64,000 nt of DNA from an uncultured Rickettsiales bacterium (GTDB taxonomy: Bacteria > Pseudomonadota > Alphaproteobacteria > Rickettsiales > UBA1997), in the NCBI GenBank assembly GCA_944392135.1, contig CALXVQ010000001.1, positions 5,359-69,358 of the forward strand. Reading direction: 5' to 3'. Positions 53,493 through 64,000 of the stretch are shown one piece after another. Both the position numbers and the translations under genes were made by a program. Position 1 is the stretch's first letter. Every line of letters begins with the position of its first letter. The notes below the pieces were generated by a model that saw only the letters and a program-made list of their open reading frames with translations, ran no database searches and had not been told where the DNA came from.

Positions 53493-56144
53493 TTATTTAT
53501 TCTTATGTAATTTATTTCTAATAAATTTTTCCATTTCTATTACAACAATAATCATTAATGATAAAGGAAGTATAATAGCTAATTCTTCCCAACCTAATGG
53601 ATCAATTTTTAAAAATTTATCAAATACAGAATTGTATGATGCGACAATATGAACTAATGTAACTATTGCAATAGATACAAATAAGAATGGGTTTTTGAAG
53701 AAACTAATCTTGAATAATGATTGAGTTTCTGATCTTGCATTGAATATTTGCATGTTTTGAAATAATATTAATAAAAATATTGTAGCACTTCTTGCAATTT
53801 TAACATCCATTGTTGTTTCATAAAAATATTTAAATACAAAGAAACAACCAAAAATCATTATAATAGAACTAACAATAATTCTGCTAACCATTATTTTGTT
53901 AAATATAGACTCCTTAGGGTCTCGTGGTGGTTGTTTCATTTCATTTCCTTCTGGACTTTCTAATGCTATTGCTATACCTTGTATGCCTTCTGTAATTAAA
54001 TTTATCCATAATAGTTGTATAGCTGTAAATGGCAATGGTAGTCCCATTATCATTGCTAAAATAAATATACCAATTTCAGCAAAAGCAGTTGATAAGAAAA
54101 AGAAAATTAATTTTCTAATATTTGAATATGTGAGTCTTCCTTGCTCTACACCATTTACAATAGATGCAAAATTATCATCTGTTAAAATAATATTTGCACT
54201 TTCTCTTGCTATATCAGTTCCCTTTTTACCCATAGCAATACCAACATTTGCATTTTTTAATGCAGGGGCATCATTTACACCATCACCTGTAACGGCAACG
54301 AAATTTCCATTTCTAATTAATGATTGTACTATATCAAGTTTTTGTGTAGGTTCAACTCTGGCATAAACTTTTGCATTTTGTGTAATTTTGTCTACTGCTT
54401 CGGTTCCAATATCCATAGCTTTCTTTAATTCAAGTCCTGTAATAACTTCTTTTTGATTTTTTACAAAGCCTAATTCGCTAGAAATTGCAAAAGCAGTTTT
54501 AGGGTTATCACCTGTAATCATAACAACATTTATACCTGCATCTTGACATGCTTTTACAGCTTTTTTAGCTTCTGGTCTAAGTGGATCAAGCATGGCAACT
54601 AATGATAAAAATTCTAAATTTTTTAATTCTTTTTTCAGTTTTTCTTCATTATCAGTTAAATTTTTACTCACTTTTCCACAAGCAACACTCAAAACTCTTA
54701 AACCCTTTTTAGTCAAATCATCTAATTTAGCTTTAATTTTGTTATTTGTTTCTTCATCAATATTGCACATAGATATAAGTACTTCCGGGGCACCTTTTAC
54801 AAAAGCATAATCTTCTTTTCCATCAACAGAATTAAAACTTGCAGAAAATTTTGCTTCCGAAGTGTAAGGTAATAATTGAAGCCTTGGGTATTTTTTATGT
54901 ATATTTTTTATTTTATAACCTTTATCTGTTGTTGCTTTTAAGAATGCAATATCAACTGGATCTCCATAGAATTTTCCTTCATTTTCACTAGCTTCATTGG
55001 ATAATACAAAAGTCATAAGAATTTTTTTCTCTAATGACATTTTTTCAAAATTTTCTTCTTTTTCAATAGGTTTAAAATCTTCGGGTTTTTCAATTAAAGA
55101 TATTGTGTTATTTTTAGGTGTTATAATTTCAACAACTTTTAATTCATTAATAGTTAATGTTCCTGTTTTATCAGAGGCTATTGTAGTACAAGAACCTAAT
55201 GATTCAACGGCAACTAAATTTTTTACAATAACATTCTTTTTAGCCATTCTATTCATTCCTATTGCAAGACATACTGTTATGGCAATAGGTAAACCTTCTG
55301 GTATTGCTGCAACACCTAAACCACTGGCAAGCATTAAAGTATCTTTTAAATTAAGTCCCATATTATAGGCAATGCTTGAAATTAATATAATAAAAAAGCC
55401 CATAACTATTGTTAATCTAGTGGTAAATTGTTCCATTCTGTGTACTAATGGGGATTTAGCCTCTGACTTTTGAGTAATTTTGTCAGCAATTTTTCCAATT
55501 TCTGTATTTAAAGCAATAGCTTTTACGATTCCTTTTGCTTGTCCTTTTACCACAATAGTTCCTGCAAAAACTTCATTTAATTTATCTTGAATACTTGAAT
55601 CCTTAACTGGTACGAAATTGCAATCTTTATTTACTGGTACAGATTCACCTGTGAGCATAGATTCGTCAACTTTAAAATTTTTACTTTCTATTAAAATAAT
55701 GTCAGCTGGTACTTTATCACCTTCTTTTAAAATAACTATATCACCAACAACAATATTTTTAGATGGTATTTGTATTTCATTTCCATCTCTCAATACAAAA
55801 CTTTTTACTTCAACAATTTTTTTTAATGAAGATGCTGATTTATTTGCAGAATATTCTTGTACTGTTCCTATGATAGCATTAAATGAAACTACAACTAAAA
55901 TAAAATAACTATCAATACCTTCACCAACAAAAAATGACACAACAGCTGCTAATAATAAAATATAAATTAATGGATCAGCAAATTGTTTTAAAAATATAAA
56001 AAATAAGGATGGTATTTTTTCTTCTGGTAATTCATTTTTTCCATATTTTAAAAGTCTTTGTTTAGCTTCTTTTAAACTTAAACCATTTTGTGTTGTATTA
56101 TATAAAGAATAAAGATTAGTGATATTGTTAGTATCTTTTTTCAT
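53493..56144 (-). CDS. cation-transporting P-type ATPase (type II, Ca2+/Mg2+-like)
   Basis: N-terminal LSLKEAKQRLLKYGKNELPEE, TGES, phosphorylation site DKTGTLT, MITGDN, TGDGVNDAPALKNANVGIAMG. 883 aa with 10 TM helices. Confidence 0.9.
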   Translation of the reverse strand: MKKDTNNITNLYSLYNTTQNGLSLKEAKQRLLKYGKNELPEEKIPSLFFIFLKQFADPLIYILLLAAVVSFFVGEGIDSYFILVVVSFNAIIGTVQEYSANKSASSLKKIVEVKSFVLRDGNEIQIPSKNIVVGDIVILKEGDKVPADIILIESKNFKVDESMLTGESVPVNKDCNFVPVKDSSIQDKLNEVFAGTIVVKGQAKGIVKAIALNTEIGKIADKITQKSEAKSPLVHRMEQFTTRLTIVMGFFIILISSIAYNMGLNLKDTLMLASGLGVAAIPEGLPIAITVCLAIGMNRMAKKNVIVKNLVAVESLGSCTTIASDKTGTLTINELKVVEIITPKNNTISLIEKPEDFKPIEKEENFEKMSLEKKILMTFVLSNEASENEGKFYGDPVDIAFLKATTDKGYKIKNIHKKYPRLQLLPYTSEAKFSASFNSVDGKEDYAFVKGAPEVLISMCNIDEETNNKIKAKLDDLTKKGLRVLSVACGKVSKNLTDNEEKLKKELKNLEFLSLVAMLDPLRPEAKKAVKACQDAGINVVMITGDNPKTAFAISSELGFVKNQKEVITGLELKKAMDIGTEAVDKITQNAKVYARVEPTQKLDIVQSLIRNGNFVAVTGDGVNDAPALKNANVGIAMGKKGTDIARESANIILTDDNFASIVNGVEQGRLTYSNIRKLIFFFLSTAFAEIGIFILAMIMGLPLPFTAIQLLWINLITEGIQGIAIALESPEGNEMKQPPRDPKESIFNKIMVSRIIVSSIIMIFGCFFVFKYFYETTMDVKIARSATIFLLILFQNMQIFNARSETQSLFKISFFKNPFLFVSIAIVTLVHIVASYNSVFDKFLKIDPLGWEELAIILPLSLMIIVVIEMEKFIRNKLHKNK

Positions 56145-56271
56145 AGTTTTATTTTTTGTTATGTGTTAATAATGATAATATAAAAACTCATTTACAAAAT
56201 AGCAATAATTTATTGTATATTTATTTATTTTGTTTTAATTTTTATATATAAATTTCATAAAAAGTAAAAAA

Positions 56272-57405
56272 ATGAGAAATTTTTTAAAACATGTTTATAG
56301 ATTAGGACTTAAAGAAGTAAAAAGTTTTTTAAATGATAAAGTATTTTTTATATTTGTAATATGGTCTTTTACATTAAATATTATTGTAGTGTCTAATGCT
56401 GGAAATATGGATGTTAAAAATGCTTCAATAGCAGTTGTTAATGAAGATAATTCGCAATTATCTAGAAATATTATACAAGGACTTAGGGAACCATTTTTTA
56501 AAACTCCTGCAAATATTACTTTTAGTGAAATTGATAAAAATATGGATTTAGGAAATTACACCTTTGTTGTAGTTATTCCAGAACATTTTGAAGCTGACTT
56601 ATTATCTAATAAGTTAGCAGAAATTCAATTAAATATTGATGCAACTGTTATTAGTCAAGCTTATATTGGGTCTGGTTATATTAAGCAAATAATTAATAAG
56701 GAAGTAAATGATTATATTAATGCAGGACAAAAAAATACTGACTTTAAATCATTTGATAATATAATAAGAGTAAAATATAATCCTAATTCTATTTCTGAAT
56801 GGTTTATGTCAATAGCACAAGTTATTACTATGGGAACAATGCTTTCAATGATGTTGCCTGCTGTTGCATTGGTTAGAGAAAAAGAATCTGGTACAATAGA
56901 ACATTTATTAGTTATGCCAATTACACCACAAGAAATTATGTTATCAAAAATATGGTCAAATGCATTAATTATATTATTGTTTACAATGTTATCTATACAA
57001 TTAGTTATAAAAGGTTATTTTGGAGTCAAAATTGAAGGTTCTATATTATTATTTTTTATGGGATTTATAATATTTCAGTTTAGTGTCACATCATTAGGTA
57101 TTTTATTAGCGACTTTTGCTAATAACACAGCTCAATTAGCTTTATTGATTATTTTAGTTATGATGCCTATGGTATTTTTATCTGGTATGTATACACCTAT
57201 GGAATCAATGGCACCGATTATACAAGATATAATGTTTCTTTCACCACTTAAACATTGCATGGATTTTGCTTTTGCAGTAATATTTAGAGGAACAACAATT
57301 TTAGAAATTTGGAAACCAATTTTGTGGATGTTAGGTATGGGAGTTTCTTTATTTATTATTTCTTCTTTAAGATTCAATAGATGGTTTAATAGTAGTAATA
57401 GATAG
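56272..57405 (+). CDS. ABC-2 type transporter permease (YhhJ/YbhR-like), no adjacent ATPase gene
   Basis: N-terminal TM, large extracytoplasmic loop, five C-terminal TM helices. EKESGTIEHLLVMPITPQEIMLSKIW is typical of ABC2_membrane_3. Confidence 0.7.
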   Translation: MRNFLKHVYRLGLKEVKSFLNDKVFFIFVIWSFTLNIIVVSNAGNMDVKNASIAVVNEDNSQLSRNIIQGLREPFFKTPANITFSEIDKNMDLGNYTFVVVIPEHFEADLLSNKLAEIQLNIDATVISQAYIGSGYIKQIINKEVNDYINAGQKNTDFKSFDNIIRVKYNPNSISEWFMSIAQVITMGTMLSMMLPAVALVREKESGTIEHLLVMPITPQEIMLSKIWSNALIILLFTMLSIQLVIKGYFGVKIEGSILLFFMGFIIFQFSVTSLGILLATFANNTAQLALLIILVMMPMVFLSGMYTPMESMAPIIQDIMFLSPLKHCMDFAFAVIFRGTTILEIWKPILWMLGMGVSLFIISSLRFNRWFNSSNR

Positions 57406-57477
57406 TAAATTTTATTTTTAATAAAATCTTGAAAAATTAAAATCACAATATAACATAAAGAAAAACCAATTTTAAAA

Positions 57478-59109
57478 ATGCAAAAATTTATTTTTATTAC
57501 AGGTGGTGTTGTTTCTTCATTAGGAAAAGGAATAGCATCAGCTACCATTGGTGCTTTATTACAAGCACGAGACTTTAAAGTTAATTTAAAAAAATTAGAT
57601 CCTTATTTAAATGTTGATCCTGGTACAATGAGCCCTACTCAACATGGTGAAGTTTTTGTTACCGATGATGGTTATGAAGCTGATTTGGATTTAGGACATT
57701 ATGAAAGATTTACAGGTATAGACACTAGTAAAAATAGTAATATTACCACAGGTCAAGTTTATTCAAAAATTATTGAAAAAGAGAGAAAAGGTGAATATCT
57801 TGGCAAAACTGTTCAGGTTATACCGCATGTTACAAATATCATAAAAGAATTTATTTTAGATAATCCAAAAGATATTGATTTTGTTTTATGTGAAATTGGT
57901 GGAACAGTTGGTGATATTGAAGGTTTACCATTTTATGAAGCTATTAGACAATTAGGTTTTGAATTAGGTAGAGAAAATGTATGTTTTATACACTTGACAT
58001 ATTTGCCATACATTAAAATGGCCGAAGAATTAAAAACAAAACCTACTCAACACTCTGTTAAAGCTTTACAATCATTAGGAATTCAACCAGATATTTTATT
58101 ATGTAGAGCTGATATAGAAATTCCAGAGAATGAATTAAATAAAATTTCTCAATTTTGTAATGTAAAAAGAGAAAATGTTATACCTGCATTAAATGCTAGC
58201 GATATTTATGAAATTCCTTTGATTTATCACAGTGTACATTTAGATGATAGAGTTGTGGAACATTTTAAATTAGAAAATAAAGAGCCTAATTTAAAAAGTT
58301 GGTTAGATATTGTTAATAATGTACAACATCCAAAAACACATATTAAAATAGCAGTGGTTGGAAAATATACGAGTCTTAAAGAATCTTATAAATCATTAAT
58401 TGAAGCTATTAAACATGGCGGTATTGCAAATAGTGCAAAAGTTGAAATAGTATGGGTTGAGTCTAGATTTATTAATAACAAAGAAGATTTAAAAGTTTTA
58501 GAAGATGTTGATGGTATTTTAGTTCCAGGTGGTTTTGGAAAAGATGGAACAGAAGGAAAAATTTTAGCTATTCAATATGCCAGAGAACATAAAATCCCTT
58601 ATTTAGGTATTTGTTTAGGTATGCAAATGGCTGTTGTTGAATTTTGCAGAAATGTTTTAAATATTAAAAATGCTAACTCCACAGAATTAGATGAAAAATG
58701 TGAACCAATTATTTATTTAATTGAAGAAATAGAAAAAGATGGTAAAAAAGAAAAAAGAACAAAAGATTCTAATTTAGGTGGAACAATGCGACTTGGTGCC
58801 TATGTTGCAAAATTAAAAGACAAATCTTTATTAAAAGAAATTTACAAAAAAGACGAAATAAAAGAAAGACATAGACATAGATATGAAGTTAACAAAAAAT
58901 ATAAAGATGATATTGAAAAAAATGGTTTAATTTTTTCAGGAACTTCGCCAGATGGTGAATTTATGGAATGTGTTGAATTAAAAGATCATCCATTCTTTGT
59001 TGCAGTACAATTCCACCCAGAATTAAAATCTAGACCATTTGCACCTGCACCTTTATTTGTTAATTTCATAAAAGCATCAATTAAAAATAAAGAAACAAAA
59101 GAAAAGTAA
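57478..59109 (+). CDS. pyrG: CTP synthase
   Basis: [51 protein letters not shown], glutaminase domain GICLGMQ...HRHRYE. Confidence 0.95.
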   Translation: MQKFIFITGGVVSSLGKGIASATIGALLQARDFKVNLKKLDPYLNVDPGTMSPTQHGEVFVTDDGYEADLDLGHYERFTGIDTSKNSNITTGQVYSKIIEKERKGEYLGKTVQVIPHVTNIIKEFILDNPKDIDFVLCEIGGTVGDIEGLPFYEAIRQLGFELGRENVCFIHLTYLPYIKMAEELKTKPTQHSVKALQSLGIQPDILLCRADIEIPENELNKISQFCNVKRENVIPALNASDIYEIPLIYHSVHLDDRVVEHFKLENKEPNLKSWLDIVNNVQHPKTHIKIAVVGKYTSLKESYKSLIEAIKHGGIANSAKVEIVWVESRFINNKEDLKVLEDVDGILVPGGFGKDGTEGKILAIQYAREHKIPYLGICLGMQMAVVEFCRNVLNIKNANSTELDEKCEPIIYLIEEIEKDGKKEKRTKDSNLGGTMRLGAYVAKLKDKSLLKEIYKKDEIKERHRHRYEVNKKYKDDIEKNGLIFSGTSPDGEFMECVELKDHPFFVAVQFHPELKSRPFAPAPLFVNFIKASIKNKETKEK

Positions 59110-59127
59110 TAATATTACATATAAATT

Positions 59128-59652
59128 TTGTGGTGTTGGGTATCTTGCCCAACACCAAGGCTATCAAAAACCAACTTCACAACTACATCACAATAAATTT
59201 ATGGATTGCTTCGCTTCGCTCGCAATGACGAAAGGGGTGAATGGTAGTGAATTTTTTTGGTTTTCTGTGAATGAATATATTGTTGATGGTTTGTGGATTG
59301 CTTCGTCGTTTCACTCCTCGCAATGACGAAAAAAAGAACTGTCATTGCGAGGCTTTGAAAAAGCCGTGGCAATCTCGTTATGGCAACCACCACACTCAAC
59401 CCACACCGTCATTGCGAAGGCTGAAGGCCTGTGGCAATCTTGGGATGGAACACTATGGCAATTAATCAAAACTTGTCATTGCGAGAACCTACCCTACACA
59501 TTGTCATTGCGAGAACCGAAGGTTCGTGGCAATCTCGTTTATTCTTGGCCTGTCATTGCGAGGCTTTGAAAAAGCCGTGGCAATCTCGATATGATGACCA
59601 CCATACCAAATCAAAACTCATCATTGCGAGAACCGAAGGTTCGTGGCAATCC
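59128..59652. repeat. intergenic array 6 of hairpin modules
   Basis: About 8 modules. Its outer end (59128-59230) is homologous, in inverse orientation, to the outer end of array 2 (8466-8570). Confidence 0.9.
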
Positions 59653-60102
59653 ATTAATTTATTAAAATAAAAAACTCTTTATTTTAATAATAATTGTTAT
59701 ATTTTTCTTAAAAAAAGATACTTCATTAATGAATAAAACTTCATATGTATATATATTAGCAAATAAAAAACATGGTACATTATATATTGGTGTCACAAAT
59801 GATTTATTAAGACGAGTATCGGAACACAAATCCAAGAAAATAGAAGGATTTACAATGAAATATAATGTAGATAAATTGGTTTATTATGAAGTTTATGATG
59901 ATATGTATAATGCAATTTCAAGAGAAAAACAATTAAAAGCTGGTTCTAGAAGTAAAAAAATAGAATTAATAGAAGAAAATAATAAGAACTGGGATGACTT
60001 ATTTTATAATCTGGTAAACTAATAAATAAATTAGTTTATTGTATTTTATTTATAAATGACAGTGGTTATGGATTGCCACAGGCCTTCGGCCTTCGCAATG
60101 AC
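59620..60102 (+). mobile_element. 483-bp unit: GIY-YIG gene bounded by inverted hairpin modules (copy 2)
   Basis: Ends are TCATTGCGAGAACCGAAGGTTCGTGGCAATCC (59621-59652) and GGATTGCCACAGGCCTTCGGCCTTCGCAATGAC (60070-60102). It is the reverse complement of 7730-8212 with only a handful of mismatches outside the ORF. Confidence 0.45.
59729..60022 (+). CDS. small GIY-YIG nuclease family protein (YhbQ/COG2827-like), copy 2
   Basis: Protein identical (97/97) to 7810..8103. The nucleotide sequence also appears identical where checked by eye. Confidence 0.85.
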   Translation: MNKTSYVYILANKKHGTLYIGVTNDLLRRVSEHKSKKIEGFTMKYNVDKLVYYEVYDDMYNAISREKQLKAGSRSKKIELIEENNKNWDDLFYNLVN

Positions 60103-60480
60103 AAAAAGGGACGAGAGTAGTGAATTCTTTTCTTTTCTATTTTTATATTAGCTATTGGTGGTTTATGGATTGCCACGACTTCTACGAAGTCTCGCAATGA
60201 CAAAAGGGGACGAGAGTAGTGAATTCTTTTCTTTTCTATTTTTATATTAGCTATTGGTGGTTTATGGATTGCTTCGCTTCGCTCGCAATGACGAAGGGGG
60301 TGAGTGGTAGTGAATTTTTTTGGTTTTCTGTGAATGAATGAAATATCAGTGGTTTATGGATTGCTTCGCTTCGCTCGCAATGACAAAAAAACCGTCATTG
60401 CGAGAGTTGCTTGCAACTCGTGGCAATCTCGTTATTCTTGTCTCGTCATTACAAAGGCCGAAGATTTGTGGAAATGACAA
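60058..60480. repeat. intergenic array 7 of hairpin modules
   Basis: Modules at about 60070, 60165, 60268, 60358 and 60394, plus a degenerate one at about 60446. Tandem ~100-nt periodicity at 60103-60300. Confidence 0.9.
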
Positions 60481-60492
60481 TATTAAAAACAA

Positions 60493-60527
60493 AAACCACC
60501 AGATAATCTGGTGGGTATTTTTTTAAT
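60493..60527. terminator. bidirectional hairpin terminator (serves the CarD-family gene on the minus strand)
   Basis: CCACCAG-ATAAT-CTGGTGG stem-loop, with an A-run upstream and T7 downstream. Confidence 0.65.
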
Positions 60528-60587
60528 TTATTCTTTTAATTTATTTATATAATAATATAGATATATTATTAAAATCGTATTATTTTA

Positions 60588-61127
60588 TTAAGCTTCTAAA
60601 ATTTCACAATTTGAAATATCTGTAAATTTCACTCTTTGTTTTGAAACTTCAATAATCTTTTTTGTAGCTTCTTCTAAACTAATATTCATTAAAATAGCGT
60701 ATTCGGATGCTAATCTGTAAACTGCTGTTTCATAAATCATTCTTTCACTAAATGATCTGTCAGCTTCTTCAACATCTCTTGTTAAATCTCTAATTACTTC
60801 TGCAATTAAATGAATATCGCCAGAATTAATTTTTTCTTCATATTCTTTTGCTCTTCTACTCCACATTCCTTTAATTTTTTTAATACCATTAGCTAAAATA
60901 GCAAATACTTCATCCATTTCAGCCTTTGAAGAGATTTTTCTAATTTCCATATTTTCAATTTGACTTTCTGGAACAGTTATGGTGAGTTTTTCTTTTTCAA
61001 AGTAGAGAACTAAACATCTACTTTTAAAATCTTTTAGCTCAATAGTTTGAATATCTTTTATTTGAGCTACACCATGTGTTTTATAAACACAATATTCACC
61101 AACTTTAAATTCTACATTCTTTTTCAT
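60588..61127 (-). CDS. CarD/CdnL-family RNA polymerase-binding transcription regulator
   Basis: FKVGEYCVYKTHGVAQIKDI (Tudor-like RNAP-interacting domain) and ...MWSRRAKEYEEKINSGDI..IAEVIRDL. Confidence 0.85.
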   Translation of the reverse strand: MKKNVEFKVGEYCVYKTHGVAQIKDIQTIELKDFKSRCLVLYFEKEKLTITVPESQIENMEIRKISSKAEMDEVFAILANGIKKIKGMWSRRAKEYEEKINSGDIHLIAEVIRDLTRDVEEADRSFSERMIYETAVYRLASEYAILMNISLEEATKKIIEVSKQRVKFTDISNCEILEA

Positions 61128-61261
61128 ATTATAAAATTTTCTTGAATTAATAAAATATCTATATATTATAAAATTATTATTGTAATATATGATATAAAAA
61201 CCTTTACATTTAAATATTATACCATATAAAATAATTTATGCAAGAAAATTTATAAAAAAAA

Positions 61262-62692
61262 ATGAAAATTTTAAATAAGTTATATAATTTTTTTACAAAA
61301 GATAATTTGGTTCTTGGCTTTTCAAGAACTAGGAAAATCACAGATTTTGATAATGCAGATTTTCGAGATGATCAATTTAAAAAAAATATTCTGTTTGCAA
61401 CAATATTTTTATTTTTAATTGTTCTATTTATATTACTATATATTTTTTTCAAAAATACTTTAATTGAAAAAGAAAATAACACAATTAATACATTACCTCC
61501 GCTTAAAATTGTTATTCCATATCCTAATAATTCTATAAATATTGATGATTACGAAATATTAAAATATAATATCAAAGAAGGTGATAATCTTATAACTATA
61601 TTAACAAAAGAAGTTGGCATTTCTAATTCTGATGCATATAGTATTCTAACTGCACTAAAAAATGTTTATAATATTTCACAATTGCAAGTAGGACAACCAA
61701 TAGAAATTAAATACAGAGTTATGATAAATCAAAATGATTCTGGTGAAATTGAAGAAAAGATTTTATTAGAAGAATTAAAAATAGAATTAGATAATAAAGA
61801 AAGAGAAGTTGTTGTATATTTAAATTCTGATAATATTTATCAAGCTCGAGAAAATAAAATTGCTCTAAATAAACACTATTTAAAATATAAAGTAAAAGTA
61901 AAAGATAGTCTCTATAATGATGGTATTGCAGCTGGTATTCCTGCTAATATAATGGTAAATTTTATTAAATTTTTTAGCTTTGATATAGACTTTCAAAGAG
62001 ATTTAAGAGTAGGGGATGAATTTGAAATCTTATTTGAAATATATTCAACAGATGATGGCAAAAAGGTTAAGGATGGTGATATTTTATATGCTCATCTTGA
62101 TAATCAAGGAAGAGTATTTGATATATATAAGTATAATGTAAATGGAAATACTTACTATTTTAATAAAAATGGACAAAGTGCTCAAAAATCTTTATTAAAA
62201 ACACCTATAAATGGAGCTAGAATATCATCAAATTATGGTTATAGAAAACATCCAATCTTAGGTTATAATAAATTGCATAATGGTAAAGATTTTGCTGCAC
62301 CAACTGGAACTCCTATTTTTGCTGCTGGTAGTGGTACTGTTGTAAAAGCACAATTTTGGAGTACATGGGGAAATTATGTTAGAATTAAACATGTTGGTGG
62401 TTATGATACAGAGTATGCTCATGCTAGTAAGATTGCACCAGGTATAAAACCAGGTGTAAAAGTAAAACAAGGACAGGTTATAGCATATGTTGGTACAACT
62501 GGAAGATCGACAGGTCCACATCTACATTTTGGTGTATTATATAATAATAAAAGAATTAATCCAGATAGGGTAAAATCTTTACCAAGTATTAAATTGGTTG
62601 GAAAAGATTTAATTAATTATAAGAATGAAGTAAAAAGAATTGATTTATATAGATCTAATATACCAAATCAAAATTTAGTATTAAAAAAATGA
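61262..62692 (+). CDS. M23 family metallopeptidase with N-terminal TM and OapA/LysM-like region
   Basis: HNGKDFAAPTGTPIFAAGSGTV, YVRIKHVGGYDTEYAH, GTTGRSTGPHLHFGV. Confidence 0.85.
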   Translation: MKILNKLYNFFTKDNLVLGFSRTRKITDFDNADFRDDQFKKNILFATIFLFLIVLFILLYIFFKNTLIEKENNTINTLPPLKIVIPYPNNSINIDDYEILKYNIKEGDNLITILTKEVGISNSDAYSILTALKNVYNISQLQVGQPIEIKYRVMINQNDSGEIEEKILLEELKIELDNKEREVVVYLNSDNIYQARENKIALNKHYLKYKVKVKDSLYNDGIAAGIPANIMVNFIKFFSFDIDFQRDLRVGDEFEILFEIYSTDDGKKVKDGDILYAHLDNQGRVFDIYKYNVNGNTYYFNKNGQSAQKSLLKTPINGARISSNYGYRKHPILGYNKLHNGKDFAAPTGTPIFAAGSGTVVKAQFWSTWGNYVRIKHVGGYDTEYAHASKIAPGIKPGVKVKQGQVIAYVGTTGRSTGPHLHFGVLYNNKRINPDRVKSLPSIKLVGKDLINYKNEVKRIDLYRSNIPNQNLVLKK

Positions 62693-63390
62693 AAAATAAT
62701 AAAGGCTTAACATTAATAGAAATTTCTTTTATAGTAATTGTTATTTCTATAATGCTAAGTTTTTTTATAACTATTGTGGTTAATAGAGATAAAAATAATA
62801 TTAAATCATTAGCAAAAGATTTATACCAATATAATTTAGCTATAAAAAATTTTCAAATAAAATATGGTTTTTTGCCAGGTGATTTAAAAAAAACTGATAT
62901 TTTATTTTTATCTGTAAATAATACTGATGGTAATGAAAATAATTTAATAGACGATAAAAACCAACAAAATAATATATTTGATAAAAATATAAAAATGGAT
63001 GGTGAGTTAGTAAATTTTTGGCTACATTTATATAATGCAAAAATGCTAAATAATGATGCAAAAGTTTTGCCATATGTTAAATTTGCTAGATCTAGTATTA
63101 TTGTATTTAATAATATAGAAAAAAATTATTATCATTTAAGTGTAAAAGCTGTTATGCCATCTGGTGAAATTGAAACTTTTAATAATTTTACACCATATCA
63201 AGCATATTTATTAGATAGAAAAATAGATGATAGTTTAGCTAATAGTGGAAAAATAATTGCTAGTGGTGGTAATAGAATTAATATTAATTCAAAAAATGAA
63301 GTACATAAAAAATGTGCTGTTGATGATGAATATTTAACAGCACATAAAAAGAAATTATGTCAATTAATTTATGAAATAAATATTAATTAA
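62689..63390 (+). CDS. type IV pilin-like protein
   Basis: Prepilin motif NKGLTLIEISFIVIVISIMLSF (G-1, E+5). The ATG overlaps the M23 stop (ATGA). Confidence 0.6.
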   Translation: MKNNKGLTLIEISFIVIVISIMLSFFITIVVNRDKNNIKSLAKDLYQYNLAIKNFQIKYGFLPGDLKKTDILFLSVNNTDGNENNLIDDKNQQNNIFDKNIKMDGELVNFWLHLYNAKMLNNDAKVLPYVKFARSSIIVFNNIEKNYYHLSVKAVMPSGEIETFNNFTPYQAYLLDRKIDDSLANSGKIIASGGNRININSKNEVHKKCAVDDEYLTAHKKKLCQLIYEININ

Positions 63391-63857
63391 TATTCAATTT
63401 TATCATTTTTTTTACTCCATTCTTCAAAAGCTTTAATAGCTTCTTCTCTGTCAACTTGTTCCATAGGGATACTTCTTTCACTCATAGGTAATGGAATTTC
63501 TTTATAAATAAAGTCGTCATCAAAGTTGATATCTGCTGCATCTTTTCTGGTGTTTCCATAATATATTTTTTTGATACCAGCCCAATAAGATGCTGATAAA
63601 CACATAGGGCAAGGTTCACAAGATGTATACAATTCACAACCTGTTAAATCAAATGTACCTAACTTTTTACAAGCTTCTCTAATAACCGTAACTTCTGCAT
63701 GAGCTGTTGGATCGTTAGTACTTGTAACTTTGTTCCAGCCTTTTGCAATAATTTCGCCATCCTTTGCAATAACTGCACCAAAAGGGCCACCAGCATTACT
63801 ATTCATGCCTTCTAATGAACATTTAATAGCTTCTTGCATTAATTCTTTTTTATTCAT
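63387..63857 (-). CDS. CDA-fold nucleoside/guanine deaminase (GuaD-like)
   Basis: GGPFGAVIAKDGEIIAKGWN, zinc motifs HAEVTVIREA and CEPCPMC. 156 aa. Confidence 0.8.
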   Translation of the reverse strand: MNKKELMQEAIKCSLEGMNSNAGGPFGAVIAKDGEIIAKGWNKVTSTNDPTAHAEVTVIREACKKLGTFDLTGCELYTSCEPCPMCLSASYWAGIKKIYYGNTRKDAADINFDDDFIYKEIPLPMSERSIPMEQVDREEAIKAFEEWSKKNDKIEY

Positions 63858-64000
63858 ATTTTATAATCAAAATTAAACCAAAATCTACTTTTACAACATA
63901 ATATGAAAAAGTAAATAGTTTTTAATAAAATATTTAAATATTTTAGTTGTAAGGATAACTAGTTTTATAGACACGATAGTTATTAGTCATTGAAAAATAT

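Noticed and set aside
53896-55908. Plus-strand ORFs within 53896..55908
   Set aside because: They are antisense shadows of the P-type ATPase gene.
57132-57548. Minus-strand ORF 57132..57548 bridging the ABC-2 permease and pyrG
   Set aside because: It overlaps two well-supported plus-strand genes and the intergenic promoter region, and has no motifs.
59199-60526. ORFs 59199..59399, 59271..59465, 59345..59569, 59431..59670 and 60338..60526
   Set aside because: Overlapping frames on both strands across arrays 6 and 7, so they are spurious.

Overview
Strongly AT-rich, gene-dense bacterial chromosome segment. TGA is used as a stop codon. Gram-negative traits are present: an OprO/P-like porin, a beta-barrel outer membrane protein (OMP) and a lipoprotein substrate-binding protein (SBP). 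I cannot assign a taxon from this window; it looks like a compact, probably host-associated genome. The backbone is housekeeping: der (partial), rpsU, a polar amino-acid ABC importer, tRNA-Gly(GCC), rmuC, tkt, recR, pfkA, ruvA/ruvB, gpmI, a XerC/D-type recombinase, secG, fabI, an IscS/NifS-type desulfurase, HU, a P-type ATPase, pyrG, a CarD-family regulator, M23 peptidases and a deaminase. Eight things stand out. (1) Seven intergenic arrays, about 6 kb in total (~10% of the window), are built from GC-richer hairpin modules. The conserved arms are GTCATTGCGAG...GTGGCAATC, and the inner stem varies by compensatory changes. (2) Two nucleotide-identical 97-aa GIY-YIG nuclease genes each sit in a 483-bp unit bounded by inverted copies of that module. 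This resembles the REP/RAYT arrangement but with a different enzyme. The two units lie in inverted orientation about 51 kb apart. I consider this the best candidate for an undescribed system. (3) A five-gene translationally coupled operon encodes a TIGR04141/DUF6119-like protein, HsdS, an unknown 314-aa protein, HsdR and a DUF45/M48 peptidase, with no HsdM methyltransferase. (4) A duplicated promoter-plus-signal-peptide cassette region contains an M23 peptidase fused to a MuF-like Cys motif and an orphan copy of its 3' end. (5) A fluoride (crcB-motif) riboswitch candidate lies upstream of a cation/H+ antiporter. (6) A Fic gene is bracketed by a private hairpin repeat. (7) Four scattered type IV pilin-like genes have no assembly genes nearby; one is fused to a large glycine-rich domain. 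(8) A degenerate Nuo/Mrp-like operon encodes only membrane subunits. All family assignments come from motif recognition by eye, with no searches run.
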